Assembly: GCA_030141605.1 (NCBI GenBank) | Contig: JAQGDQ010000047.1 | Location: forward strand, 496,001 to 560,000 | Reading direction: 5' to 3' | Origin: Tubiluchus corallicola | Lineage: Eukaryota > Animalia > Priapulida | Length of the DNA stretch: 64,000 nucleotides | Shown: piece by piece, positions 43,092 through 58,000 of the stretch | Layout: every line of letters starts with the position of its first letter | Position numbering within the stretch: position 1 is the first letter of the stretch | The notes under the pieces: model-generated | What the model was told of the DNA's origin: nothing | Seen by the model: the letters and a program-made list of their open reading frames with translations, nothing else | The model's database searches: none | Position numbers and translations under genes: made by a program

Positions 43092-46000
43092 GTAAGTTGT
43101 CATACAAGATCTAAAAACTTTGTATTGTCTTTGGATGCTGCTTCGCATTTCTTGAATTCTGAATTTCATGTTTTGGCTTGATCGTGGCGACAGTGCTCAT
43201 TACTCACTGTTACTCAATGTTGATGACCACTCAGTTTTGTTACTTTTGTTTGAGTCGTTTTGTTTATGAATTCTTAGATTAAGTACGAACGAACTCAGCA
43301 GCTTGTCAAAATAATGTCTCCAAATTAAAGTTGATAGCGTTGTGGATTATGGCTTTTCGATCAAATTTAAGGGAATGATCACTATAATCGTCTAGCCGTG
43401 CCTTGAACTGATTCAAAGATCTTGCAAGTCTCATATTTGATGGTAGAGTATTCAAAACCTCAGGTATTGTACACGCGTAAAAGTCAGCATATCGACCTTT
43501 GTGGTGTGTTCTAGGTTATAAAGAATAGGTCCTTCTTGTACAGATCGAGCCTGTACAAGTTGAATAGGAATAAGAGTTCATATCAGAAGCAGTAAAATTT
43601 CTAGGTACATACTTGTACATAACTATCAGTTGGCCTCATAACCAACAATATAACCGATTAAAGTAGTTAAACCACACTTTTCAAGCTGCTCAGAATAAGT
43701 TGACTTCTCTAGGAGGGTGGGTACTTAATGCCCTATGTTGTAAAGCCTCCAATGGATCAATTATATACGCATGAGGTACATTTCAAATGCAACAAGCATA
43801 CTCGAGTTTCGATCTTCGTCTAGTATAAGTCCAACTTTTTAATGATAATAATAATAAGTCTTTTTATAATTATGATCATGAACCACAGCTAACAAATATG
43901 TAGATCCTACATTTTTAAACTCAAGACTTAACTGTCCTGTTACCGTAATAGTGAAAGCAGCAGTATGCAGTTAAATAAATGTGCAACATATGAAAAAGTG
44001 AAACATTGTTTTGCATTTAAATTTTGTCATGTAGGATCAATGCTATCTTGTAAAGTTTGACTTTACTCTTGAAAATTTCTAAGCATTTCTTAACATCTTT
44101 TATTCTTTAGAGCTTCCAGTTCAACTTTATTTTAATTGCCAAAATAGTAACTACATGCATAATGAAGTCCAAGTTTTTTATGGCTTTCTAAGGAATTGAA
44201 ATTACAAGGCATCATATGCATACAAGGATAATTTTGGTTGTTGAACTGAATGGTAACCTAAAATTATAGTAAGTGCATGGATCATACATGTACACTGTAC
44301 ATATGACGTTCGTTGATATAGTTTATTTTAATCGTTCGAGTTATTTAATTTTATGTTTCCGTGAAATGAGAGGATTTCTCAAAGGTTCTATTCAGTATGT
44401 GATATATAATACATGTATAATATACCGTATCTGTATCATTGCAAAGCTTTGTTTCTGCACTGATTTGTTCCTTCATCATCATCATCATCTTTGCAATCAT
44501 CAAAATTTGTACACTTCAGTACTAGACTGTCTTTAAGGTTTATCACACTTTTATGCCAGATTTTTCTAGTTAAAAAATATACAACTACAAACTTTCTGAC
44601 ACATCAAGTGTGTAATTGTTGCCTAACATAGGTGTTTCTTCGTAAATTGAAACTGCTGTCACTATGCATTGCGAGATGTACAAGAACGTTGTAGAAAAAA
44701 ATGTTTTAGACCAAGCTGTAGGAAGGAGCTGCCATGTTTGCTTGTATCATATTACCAGTGGTGGTTTTACTAGTTAGACTTCCATTTTCAATGAATCAAT
44801 CGAGACCAGTTTGACCAGGAACCGCTGCTGAAGCAGCTGCATGAGCTAAAGAAACTGATTTCTGTTTAAAGTTTCATGCTGTTGAACTAATCAGCACTAA
44901 TGACTATTTTATGAAAGGGGGTCGTTAGGGGTTGTCATGTGGAGTCTGTTGCTAGTCTACATAACAGCCAGTCTGTAAAAAAAGGTGTTCAAATGTATTG
45001 CATGCTTAAAAGAAATAAACACCACAAAAGCTAATAAGCTCTAATGTGCATTGATAATTTATTTAGGAAAACCTGAATTTTTATGGTGAACCGACTAATA
45101 CTGTCTGTGAACATGTTAGAAGTTGCAGAACCTTTATTATTGAATGTTTACATCTTTTGGGGAATGTTTTAGTCCATCCAGAAATTCACTCAAGCATCCA
45201 AGTTTATTCTAGTTCATTCTAGTTATCTAAGTTTTAGTTTATTCATGTCAAGCATTGAGTGATGTTATGTTGCATTTCAGTTTTGACACCAGTTTTGGAC
45301 ATTAATTGTATCCTTTGTTTCATTAAGCACAAGAAGTATTGACTACAGCTGAGTGCCAACTGGCTCTTGCATAATTGGATCGCCTAAAAATAATTTTTAC
45401 GCTTTTAGGTCTAAATAATTATTAATTTGAAAGAATCTTGTGTCAATATTTTTTGTTGTCAACGATGTATGATAGTTAAATTTGGTGTGTGAACGTACAG
45501 ACTGTGCATCCCATTTAGCTGATTCTGCCCTGAAAGTTTGTGCAAAGGCACAACACATAAATCTTTCTATGCTGTTTCATGCTTTGTTCTTTGTCTAGAG
45601 CAAGGCTTTCTTATTGTGATTTTTGTAAATCCTAAAAGTCGTCTGCTTGGCAAAAGTATAACACCAGTTCCTCTTTGGAACCTGTTTTCTGATTACACTC
45701 TATAACATTTTGTGTCCACCGTGTACTTGAGTTCTCTCCTGCTACCCAAACATTTTAGATGCATTTTTCCTGGGGCTATGCTGTTACCTGTCTGAGCAGG
45801 TGTATTGGTCAGATGAAAATCGTCCTGTACCATCTACTGTTCAGATTAAAAATGGTTTCTTTAGTTCGTTAGATAGACATTCATTGATTCATCTTGAATA
45901 CTTTTTAAGTTCTTTTATTTTCTTAATAGAGACAAATTTTGTCTGATTGTTGATCTAAAAAAAGTTAAAATATATGGAATACCTTCCATAGTACCTATAT

Positions 46001-49000
46001 TCATTTCTTTAAAGGCCACGGTACGCCACCTGCCCAGTTATTGTAATTGAATTCCCAGAAAGTGTAGTGGAGAATCCATTTATATTACTCTGCTCCAGCG
46101 AAAGGTCTTTGGCACTTGCTTAATTTTTGTACCAGCAAGTGCGTACGTACATCGTATGCATTTGTTGGTACATAAAGTTTTGCTGGAGTGGTACAAAAAT
46201 AACTAGTAATAGTGCGGAACGATTTATCATATCAATACTGCTCAAACAAGAGAGAATATGTCATGCCATCGAAATCTGGTGTGAAAGCTTCTGCGTCTCG
46301 CTTAGCCTGCAATCTTGATGGAGCAGTTTAAGAGCTCAGGCTCCTGCAGCACATCTTGCAAATGCCTCACAAGTCAAAAGCTTATCAGTTGAATAGTGAT
46401 CAATGGTGTGTTTTTTCATTTTAATTTCCGCTCTGTCTCTCAAGATCGCTCCAATGTGTCTGGTGGGTTTAAGAATTCTTGAATTTTAAGGAAATTCAGT
46501 TCACTCGAAAAATTAATCATATTATTCCATGTCACTTGTGTGGTCGTACCTTCGAGGTAGCAGGTTGTACAAGACGTACATTATTTCTTTGATGTATTAA
46601 ATTGTTCTGTAGGCCCCATTGCTACTCGTTGTTTTTGTACCCCCTAGCAAAAGATTATGTACTACCCTGTACCTCATCGCTTATTTGTATGTACTGCTGG
46701 ATACATCCAGCACTGCAAGACGTTGTTGTTGATGAATGTGTAGGATAATGTAATTGTAAAGCCTATTGTAAATGATAATGCTCTGAGACGAAAATAATGA
46801 AGGTATGTAAAATGGTTGAATAATGTGCGGGTACTAATAAAAAATTCTGCTCGGTCAGATTCTTTAGCTTATCCAGCTTTCGTGACGTAGTGCATTCCAA
46901 CTTTTAATGCTTGTGTTAAGACTTAAAAATTCGGGCGGTTATTTTCCTGGAATAACTTGTCGAAATACAAGAAGACGTGTCTGGTTTGGTGTGGCTATAA
47001 AACTTGGAGAAGCGTCGCGTTTCTGACGATTTTCTAGATTAATGTCCCTCACACGATGAATTCATGAAGCGTGTTAAACACTTGCCCTCTTTCGTTTAGC
47101 TACGTTGAATTGAGTAATCTTCTAGAACCGAGAAATGTTTTGACGTTTTGCTAGGCAGGAGAGCTTTGGATATCCGGTGGGCAGTTTTCTAGTTGTTACG
47201 TATTGGTGTTCTATTTTAGAGTAGCTTTTACCTTTTTAGCCTCCACTGTTTCAGTCGTTCATTTGCATCAGTTGTTGTTTTCTAATGTGGCTTTGACCTC
47301 TTGGCTTCTCCGCCCTAATCAATAAATTTCCAAACCCACAAACGGGGCTGTAAACCAGACGGGTCGGGAAGACTTACTTGATTTAACAGTTAAAGTTACG
47401 TTCAAGTAAACAATTATCGCAATTTGTGGTTTTAATTATTTTGTTCAAAGTTCGAAGTCCGGCGGCAGTTTTGCACAATGTCTGTTAAGTTAGTGCGCAT
47501 GCGTGCTGTTATGCTAAATTCTGCTGTCGGGCAGAAAAGCTAATGTAGTCGAAGATCAATACAAACAAATTATTAATTCTTGCGCCATTCAGTCAAGAGC
47601 GGTTTCTGGTCAAGTCACGTGGGACTCGTAGCTATATTGATACAAGAATTAATCAAACGCAAAAGTTCAGTGTACGGGTGGTAAACGTTCATTCATGGCT
47701 CTTTGCGTTGGATAGACAGTAAATTGAGGAAATGACAGTTAAACTAAGCAAAAACCATGCATCAATTGAATTGGCGGTTTGTTTTTAGTGAGCTTTTTGG
47801 CTCCATTAAATGGATATGCATGCAGCTTAGGCCTACTAGAGAATTGGCACGTAAGGTGCAACTAGTCTGTCTATCTGAAAAAAAGTCAGCATGTTCAAGT
47901 ACGACCAATAACCTGGCACGTGAATTCAGTATTTCCAAGCAATTTCAAGAAAAATCCACGAAGGGCATAATATCTTTGGACAACAATTGGTTTAGTGTCG
48001 TTGACAACACCCATCCTATACAAATGTTCTGGCCAGGTACCCGCCTACACCTCGCAAATATTCGTTGTGAAAAATCTTTGGTTTTCTTTCACCTAAAATA
48101 GTTTGTGCAAAATAGTTTTGTCCATAGGTGGAAGAAATATTTGAAGGTAAAAAATAGGGGGTCTTTAATTATTTGGTTTGACTTTATTGACAGTCAACCC
48201 ACCCCATTTTACCATCATTCTGCTTGAACACACTAACCAAACCCTCAAAATAGGGAAGGGTCATTGATGTCCAAAGTCAACTATCCGTATTTTTGGATTT
48301 TGGAGAGCACATAAGCTGGGTATAACAGAACCTTAGTATCGGATATAAGGCATTCAGAATTTAACAGTCAAATTGAAGTTACATTCTAGACGTGACACTG
48401 CAACGTTGCTTTAACCTCATTACCGTAAAATATACGCTATGAACGTAAAATACGTTAATAACAGTATTTCGTACAGCTTACGGCTAGCGTTCAATATGTG
48501 CGCCCCTTCACCATGTGGCAAAAAATTACTCGTCTTTATGTGGCCTGCTTGCCAGCCACATAGCAGATGTGAGGAAAGAGATTGGCAAACATACATCCCC
48601 CATTACAAAGATAGCATTGAAGCACTGCAGTAGCGATCGGATGTGCCGTCTGGAGAGGCTGGATGGGACATTACGTTGAAGTTTGTAACTTTTGTGAATA
48701 AATACTCTGATGGTCCAACAGAACGTAATTTGCTTTTAACACTGATCAGTAATATGCTGTACTGAAAGGAGGAACGATTTCTGTGATAGCCTAATCATAC
48801 GTGAAGTTTTTGCTTCGGACACAATGTCAGAAGCGGTGCAAATAGCCACTGGACCGTTGGTGTTTTCTGTAGATACAGCATGTATTACAAGGACCAACAG
48901 TTTGGGTACGTAAGTAGTTTCTAGGTATTGTTGTAACTAGTTCACTATTTCATTTGTTTACGACGCTGTTCTAAGTTTTTCAGTCATTTAGCAAGTTGGC

Positions 49001-52000
49001 AATACCTAGACTGCTAGACATGCATTATAAATCTAGCATGAACTAGCTATGTAAAAGTCATTGTACTTTAGCTTCATATAGTCAAACTTTTATCTAGTAA
49101 GAAAAGAATGCCTCTTTACTGCCTTAGCCTGCTCCCGAAAGTGAAGTCTGTACTGAAGTCTTTCAATTGTTTGCCATTTGTGACAATTTTTCTTATCTGC
49201 AGTTTATTCCGCACACCATGTAAACGGACAATGTAGTAGGCGGCACATGTACAGTAAACTATTTTTCTTTTAGAAGAAATGAGATTAGCCAGTCCTGTAT
49301 CAATATTTGTCTGGCTTGACAACCACAAAGAAAACGTTTTCCTCCAGAGCTGCATATGCTTGGCTGATATAAAAATATTGGCACAGGCCGAGTTCCTCCC
49401 TGGTGCAAAATAGCTCACTTGTCGTCCTTTTCTGTCTGGTTACTGTGGGGAAAGTGTTTTGTAGTTATAGCCAAAACAGAGGCGTCGTGATTTGAGGATG
49501 CACCCCTGTCGATGGGATGTTTACTCTGTTGTAGAGTGATACCAAATAGTAAAGCATTTTCATCTGTGTAAACATTCACTACAACTGGATAGTCCCTGCG
49601 GTATGTGTGACGGTCTCACTGAGTCTGCACTGCCCCCAGCCCCAAGTCCATTCATAAATTGATATACGCCTACGTAACTGTTGCTCATCTGTGTAATAAT
49701 TGTGTTATTTATTTACATATGTTACAACCTACCTTACAGTCAAACTGTTTTAATTTTGTAGTTATTTAGCAGTAGTTTATGAAGGTCAACCGAATTACAA
49801 AAGGTCCGCACTTCCAACGTAAGTAGTTTGATTCCATAATGCAATCACAGCAAAACAAAGTAGCAATATATCTGACCGATGCAATCTAAGCAAATCCCGA
49901 CATTTTCAAATGATGTTTTCTCTGTTACTACTTTGTCTCCACTTTCAAACCAACTTTATATGTGGCAGCGTCCATCATTACAATAACTGTTTGCGTGTTT
50001 AAAATTTAGATGTAGTTTTAATGTAAACCCCACCCTCCAACAAATTTGAGAAGGTTCTATAAAATGTTAAGATAATACAGTTATTTTTCTAGTAAAGGCT
50101 TGATAAAATAACAGAGTACTGTGAGACTAAGGCTAAGCAAACTGGAAGTTTGTTTCATCTTTTTTCTTACTTCACAAATTTGGAGAATTGCAATGTTCTG
50201 TCGCTATTCGGTTATTATGTATTACGTTTTTGTTGCTATTCAGTTTGCAAGAAATATTTTACGGCGTTTTCTTGTTTGAAGGCTTGTTGAATTGTGATGA
50301 AATAGCATTGCGATTTTTGTTGAACCGTTTCTGTTTCTCCGTTTTTCGTACTCGGAATGGCCTGTATGGAAATTAGAATCGGACTTATTTCCTGCAGTGC
50401 CATTGGAAACAGTGGGCACAAGCTTAGAGCTTTGTCCTCTTTGTCTGCTGCCAAGTATTAGGTTTAGTAACTATTTCCTGGCAATTGGAAAAATTGGTGT
50501 TAAAGACCTTGCTTTGAATATGTTACTAGTCGTGACTAGTGAATGACGGTTTTCTGTGTCGTAAGGTCATATTCTAAGTAGAAAGTGTATACTTTTGAAA
50601 AGTTTCTATAAAATGTTGTGTGTTAATGCATATGATGAAATGCAATTTATCAAATGAATAAATTTATATAAAAAAATTCTCGCAGTCATAGTTATAATCA
50701 ATTAATGATATATTTATGAAACTTGCTACTTTTCTGTTATTCATTTGTAGCTTCGGCCTTTTTAGTTTCTGAATTGCAATTTTTTAAAGGTGTCTTTCAG
50801 TTGTCTATTACACTGGTTATCTCCAAATCGCTTGAGACATTGGCCATTTATTTGCCACAAAATGTAGATAGTATTGGTCTATTGGTAATCGTAGAGGACC
50901 CAGTAATAAAGGCAAGAAAATTGTTAAATTTCACATTAAAAAATTCCACATATATTATTTTGAAACATAATTTTCTTGGTAGAGATGAAATAATTAGAAT
51001 AATTATTTCCCACAGTAGCCCTACCCTAAACATAAATTTTACGTGTGCCATTTTTTTCCTATTTTTCCATTTGTGCCCATTTTGCTGTGCCATTTTCATC
51101 GTGAATAGTACTGTACGTATAATACATAACGTGGGATTAGGGAAGAGTCTGTGATTTTTGTGTCCATAACCCTGTGCGTGTAAAAGGTGCCAAACACGGT
51201 ACCATTATATTAACATAAAAAAATAATTCATTTTTCACGTCAGTTGGAGGTGAGAAAGAGAAATTGCGTTTCTCACACCTTTTCTGTCATATAGTCCTCG
51301 GAAGACCATCAAGGTGATCGTACTTTGTATTCAACTGTACCATAAAAGCTGTTATAAAATTCATTTAGGTTTGCACCGCCTTTGACATGTACTCGTGTGA
51401 GCTCTTAGCTCTGTAGCTGATTCATCAGCTCCCAAAACCTGTGTAGTGGACTGCAGAGTTAGATACAAGCAATGGTTATACAGTTACTTAGCTACTTATC
51501 TCGCATTAATGAACAGGTGAGCTTGTCTCGAGGCCAATTTATCGATAAACTGGCGATAATTGGGGAAGGTGGTCGGTGGGTAATGCTACTGGTACACGAT
51601 TACTCAGCGCTACGAGTTTGCTGTACAAGCGCATTTGTGAACGAAGAATCGTTTATTATCCAACACATTTTTGCGTTCATAGAACGTGAGAATGATTCAG
51701 AAGACTTGTTCAATATGTAGCTGGATAACATCTCAGCTTGTATTTAAAGATCTACTCAAGGCCTTCAAAGTCTTTTGAAGAGGCATTGAATTTACTTTCA
51801 TGTAGAAAATCTTGGTGTAATAGAGGATATAGCATGCATTTTTATCACACTTGTAATAATCAACTTGCACTTTAAACTTGAAAATGAAAACTTTTAAAAG
51901 CATCCCTGTTATGGCCGTTAATGAGATATTTCATTGACAATTTTAGGTTTTTTTGAATTTTCAACCTTTTCGTTGCGCTTGCTTCTAATTTATTAACTGA

Positions 52001-55000
52001 TGTTGTAGAACAGTATCGTGTGTTTGCCACTGTATCTGCCATTGCAGTCCCGAAGGCGTTTTGACTATATCGAATTGATTCCCATCTTCTGTTCTTGAAT
52101 GCAACGCTCTTCTCTTGTATCTGTTTACTTTTGTCTGTAGTCGAACTGTATCCAGCTGTACGCATGGCCGATGCATTTTCTCATAACATCCAGCTGCAGC
52201 ATTCCAACCATCATACTGTATCTTATTACTTAAGACTGTACGCCTGGGAGTGCGTCTCTCGTACATATAATTGTTAGGTAGTAAGCAGTTATTATTGAAA
52301 TAATTATGTAAATTACAACAACAATAAACAACACATAAAAATAATAGGGTTCATTACAAGCAGTAATTAATACAACTATCCTAATGCACAGGTATTAAAC
52401 ATGGTACACGTTGTCAGCATATCAAAAGCGGTTTCAAAAAATGTGCACACAAAAATCCAAAAGACAAAATTCACATAGTAAAAACACTACGTGTACCAGG
52501 CTACCAGCACATCATTCTGCCTGCCTTAACCTAGTGTACAGTTTGCTCCGACTTCAGAAATCTGTGCTTTTATCAGCAACTATCAGTGCCATACGGTAAA
52601 CCATGTCAATTGCTAGGACCTTTGCTATTTTGATAGTCTAAGTTTTTGTCTGCGTTTTTATTTTTTTATTGCACATTTATCAGAAAAAAACGTGCACAGT
52701 GTTAGTTTCACCTTTCAGTGATTGTTTACACCAGTAGGCTATAACCAATATAATCTGCAGCATTGATTTCATAAACAGCTTTTTTTCAGATTTGCCACAG
52801 CCCCCACATCAGATTGGCTGTTTGTTACATCATTGTACATGTGCTAGATAAACAGCTTGGTACGCTGCTGCTCTGCATGCATTCATTCAACTGTGATGTT
52901 AGAATTCTATAGACATCAGCATAAAAAGCAGTAGATGTCATGCATTTACGCCTGACAAAATAATTTACTATAACAGAACGTGAATGTTGACTATGTTGTT
53001 GTGTTGCTGTGTAGGCACTCGGGTCATCTTCTCGGGATGCGTGACATGCAAGAAAATTCTCTTTAAATTGAAATTTTGCTCTAGTCCGTTCTTTCCAAGA
53101 AGACCTGCCAGTGCATGTATACACATTATTTGCTTTGTTCCTAACCGCTTTTTTACTTGATTATTAAATGAAATTTGCGTTTGATATGCAAGCAAGCGGC
53201 CATCGGTAATGCAAAACTTGTGCTCAGTTGATGTTTCTTTTTAACAAGTGCATGCACGCCTGCACGCGTGCGTGTTTTAACCTTCTAGGAAGCGTGGTTT
53301 TATTTTATTCACAGCCTCAGCATGTAGTAAATCTTTCACTCTCTGCGTCCATCCCCTTTTAAATGTTTTATTTACGTCTATGTGTACTATACGAAGCCTT
53401 TTTGAATGCCTCGGAGTCAGCATCATTTATTACATGGGTAATGAAACACGTACCTGTAGATCTTTGTTTGCATTTTCTTTCGAATTCATCAGTATTCTGT
53501 AAAACGATAGATTATATGCATTTTTTGTCGCTGAATGTCAGTTTGGATTTCTCTAGCTTATGCATAATGCGATAACTTTCTGAGTTGAAAAAATCTAAAT
53601 TCCTCTATAGCTTTTTAGTTACTATTCCTGAATCGAGTTAAGAGTTCTAGCTTAGAACATTTCGTCAAGCTTTAGATTTTCTAATCTTTGCAAGTCCCAT
53701 GTAAGTCGAAATACAGCTAGCTTATTTTTAAGGACACTGGCAAGTGGCAGTTGATTTTTAACTCTATTTTGTTCAAGTAGTTTCTGATATGTTTTTATAG
53801 TACTTGGAGTAAACATATTGCACAATCGAGCTGTTTTAGGGTGGACAGGAACAGTAGCCTTTGTCCTGTTAGTTATGAAATCATTGTTACGAGGGTTTCT
53901 TTCTAGACGTCATACCAAGCGCATTCATTTAGCGTTGACAGAAGAGTAACGAACCTGTTTAGAACGGTCTTGATACATGTGTACAAAGCGCTGCCTTTGT
54001 CCTTACGGTTGTGCGTTTACTTTTATTTGATTCGTTATACGTGTGTATGTGTGTGCGTGTGTTTAGCTTATTAGTTAAGGCTAATAACAGCTTATTAGTT
54101 TCTGAAATTCCTGGTGTCATAGACAGATGAGCGTCAGCTCTGTTAACTGCCAAAAGACGGAACTAAAAATTTCTTATCTTTTGTTTTTGTATTTACATAC
54201 ATGTATGTACAGTAGCATAAGAAGATGTTTGGATCTTATCAAGTAGTAACACGATATTGTCAACATTTAGCTTCCCGTCAAACGGCGAATTGATAACAGC
54301 CTCCAAATTAATGCGTTTTTCGCGCACAACGTCGTGCATTTGTGATTTATTGCAGTAGTAAATGTGAAATTGGCTAAAAATTAATGCATTTTAAATTGCA
54401 AATTCTAGCAGGGTTGTAGAGTACGTGCATTCAGCGGAATCAAAAGCCTCTTAAATGTACAGTTCGTGCTGCGCAATTTATTTTACAATTACCGTTAACT
54501 GCAAGACTAACCAGATGAAGGAAAGTTTAGTCTGCCCCGCGTTGTGTGGATGTCATCTGTGTGGAATGCACACGCCTCTCCAACCCAATGGCAAAATGTT
54601 TAATTGTGTAACGTCAGTCCTATCAGAGAGGTATACATCTGAAAGCCTAGACTTTGAAGACAGTTTGAGTTGTCATCACTTTTTCGACAATTCCACCGTC
54701 TTTCGCTTCAGCGTGAGATAGATATTGCAAATAGTGCTCATTAATTCTGTAACATATCGACAAGTGCAGTTCCGTTTCTTCGATTTATAACGTTTTGTCC
54801 TGCGGCTTTTCCAAGACTGCGTCAAAAGTTATTTACTAAGATTATAATATGCGATATACACTATCATGGAATTTGTACTCATTGGTATCTTGCAATTTAA
54901 CGAGGAAGGTTCATTAATGAGATGCTCAGCAATTATTAAGCTGCCTATATGATTGGAGGAGTGCTGAGCAATACCACTACTTTCACACTCCTAGGCCTGC

Positions 55001-58000
55001 CTCGTTATATTTTAAGCACTGGTTATTGACCATTTGACCGTTCTCTAAATGCTGTCATTACGCTGAAGCGTGTACAGTAAGCACACAGTGACTAGCAGCT
55101 GCACCTCAGCAGCAACAAAATGTTTCTGATTATGGTTTTGTTTATTATTGTAAGACTAGGAAACAAGACGGTCTGCAAGCATCCCGTTGAACATGTACGC
55201 TACTTTAACCATTACAAGAAATTTTTTTTACTGAAAGCGCGCATGGCAACACGTGCTCTGACAGCCGCCGCCAATTACATTTTTTTTTAAATTTCAAGAA
55301 AATCAATACCAGTTGACTTTTGTTTCGTCAATCATTTAGCGCTTTCTGAAAATTAAAATGAAAAACTAGTAGAGCCAGAATTTCTTTGAATTACTTGCAC
55401 AGACCGCTGTTAATGAGTTTTATGTGGAACTAAGGACAGATAAGCTAAGAAAATTTACTTATTGTCGATTGCTGTTACGATTGACGATTGTCCATTATTT
55501 ATTGTCGATTGACGATGGCTGAGTGCAAGCACCTAGGTAAGTGTAATATCCCGAAAATGCCTGACTGAAAATTGAAGACAAGAACTAGATTTTTACAATA
55601 AACATTTATTCCCAAAAACCTGCGAGGCTTCTCAGCTGGAACTAAGTCATCGATAAAGTAAAATATATCTATAAATTTTGCATGTTTGAAAACAAATGAC
55701 AGTTGAAATATGACAAATCTGGCAATAAGTTATTCTGAGACATACAGCAAAGGTTCCTGTTTTCAGATTAGAAAATTAAAATTCCTTCTGATAATTTTAC
55801 CTTCTGCCACATTGATTAATGATTGAATTTTATTGATACAGATATTATTGTTTGATTGCATATTATGGCCATTTTAATCTCTGATTGAAATAAATACTGT
55901 TAATTTCGTTAATATTTTGTAAACGCTGTGTGAAACTAGGATATATAACATTTTGATTAGTCACTTCCAAAATTTGTTGCAGACTGACAAAACGACCCGC
56001 TCACCGTGGAGTAATCTGTTTTTATTGTCCTTTTACTGCAGAGTTTTTTAGCGCTTGCGTTACTGCAGACTATATCCTTTTCTCTATTAGTATAACTTTT
56101 TGGGCAGCATTTATATTTGTTATTATGAAATTTAGTGACACACTCACCACCTGTTAATATTTAATATTTCAGAAGAGCTACAAACAGTGTTTTAAATCAT
56201 TATAGCTTATGGCAGGTGTCAGACGATGCTCTTTATGGGTTTTGACTGTATCTAATTAGTATTGCCTCTAGTCTTTCTTTGTCTCCACGCAAAAGCTTTA
56301 ACAAAGCTGCTAAAATCCAAGGTCATGGTGGCATGAATGAAGTGGCCCCTTTTTGTGGGATGTGGGTGGGTGCTACATTATTTGCATGTTTGAGATTAGA
56401 CAGTCGAGCATCAAGATAATATGCAGAGCTTTTTAGACAGCTATGTCGTAACCACTTCAGTCTAGTTAAGTTTACTTCAGTACTTACAATCTAAGTTGTC
56501 TTACAATTTAAGATGATGGTCTATGATCAGCCTCTAGATGATCACTTCTTTATTATTTTAACGTTTTCTCGAAAATAGCTGTTATGCATTCTTCCTTTCC
56601 CAGTAAATAATTTCTAATGTTTTAGATCATTTTATTATAAGTATTTGCTGGCGTGAGACATATTGCAAAATACGAATAAACCTCAGTTAATTTTGAGTCC
56701 GTTTATTTCATGGTTTATGAAATGCAATATTAAACGAGCCTTTTGCACAGCTCTTTGTTAACGATTCGCTGTTTGACTACAGATGTTCTGTCAATTATTT
56801 AAGCTTGTCTGTAAAAGAATTTTTATCGGGAAGGTTTACCCGTAATTTTCATTCAAAGTGTTTCGGCAAGTGTTAGCTTTGCTTAAAAGGCATATCGAAA
56901 TAACTCATTTCTGAATCCCGATGTTTTCCCATGAAAAGCTATTCCTAGTTAATCTCATTCTTATGTCTGACCCGGAAAAGTCTCATGGATTCGCTGAACA
57001 TGCAGCAGATTAATGGTGGCTGCATGGTCAGAGGCTTTCATAATTTCCATGAGTTATGCCATTGCATTTTTTTATTTGACATTTTGACTCTGTCAATAAC
57101 TATGCGAACATTTCGACAAGGAAAGTTACTTAATTGCATCATGTCATGCAGACGAATTCTTGCGGCTAGATCCCAAATTTTAGTGATCCATTAAAGATAC
57201 TATTGGACCGCCGTTTTATCAGTTTTATGAGTCTTGTTTAGCTTCACTTATAGTTAAGTTGGAGGGTTTTCGCAAGCAATAAATTTAAAAATACTTGATG
57301 ATAAGCAGAGCGCGGCTGGTATTATTCTTGGTTATGTGCTGACTCATCGTCACTAAATAAATTCTAGAAGATAATGTCTTGACTTTCGGTCTGTTATAAG
57401 ACAGACCTGACAGCCTTATCCTTATGTCTTTGGTATGAATGCCTTCCTTTGGCATAACATATTGCACCAACTGTCATTGGAAAAACTATGCGAAGTACCT
57501 ATTTACATGACTGTTTGTTACCTCTTTTGTCGAAAGTGACCTAGCTAATGTGCAGACCTGCAATGTTGCTGTACGACGTTATAGTTGTTGTTACTGTACC
57601 TTAGTTGTGTAACCATTTACAATGTCAGAATTTGGATAGCTAGACTAAATTATGCACTTTAGGCAAAATGATTCTTAAAATTGCAGGCATGCAGAATTCT
57701 GAAGTAGATTTATTAATCATCTTTCCGCCGCGCCCAATCACTTCAATTATATTCTTTCTCGTTATACTAATTCTGACAGGCATGTCCTAGTAAAGTAGAT
57801 TATATGCTCGCTGCAGGCAGCGGGGAATGGAGTGTGTAATTTAGGGGTACGACAATTACAGCTAGGAGGAGGCACTTCGTGCGTTGACAGCAGGAGCCGC
57901 GAGTCTCCGAGACGAGATGAATGAACTATTGGATTGGTTATAGTTGCAGTTGATAATGTCTGCATTTGAAGTTTTCAGGACTACTGTAGTACTAATGCAA

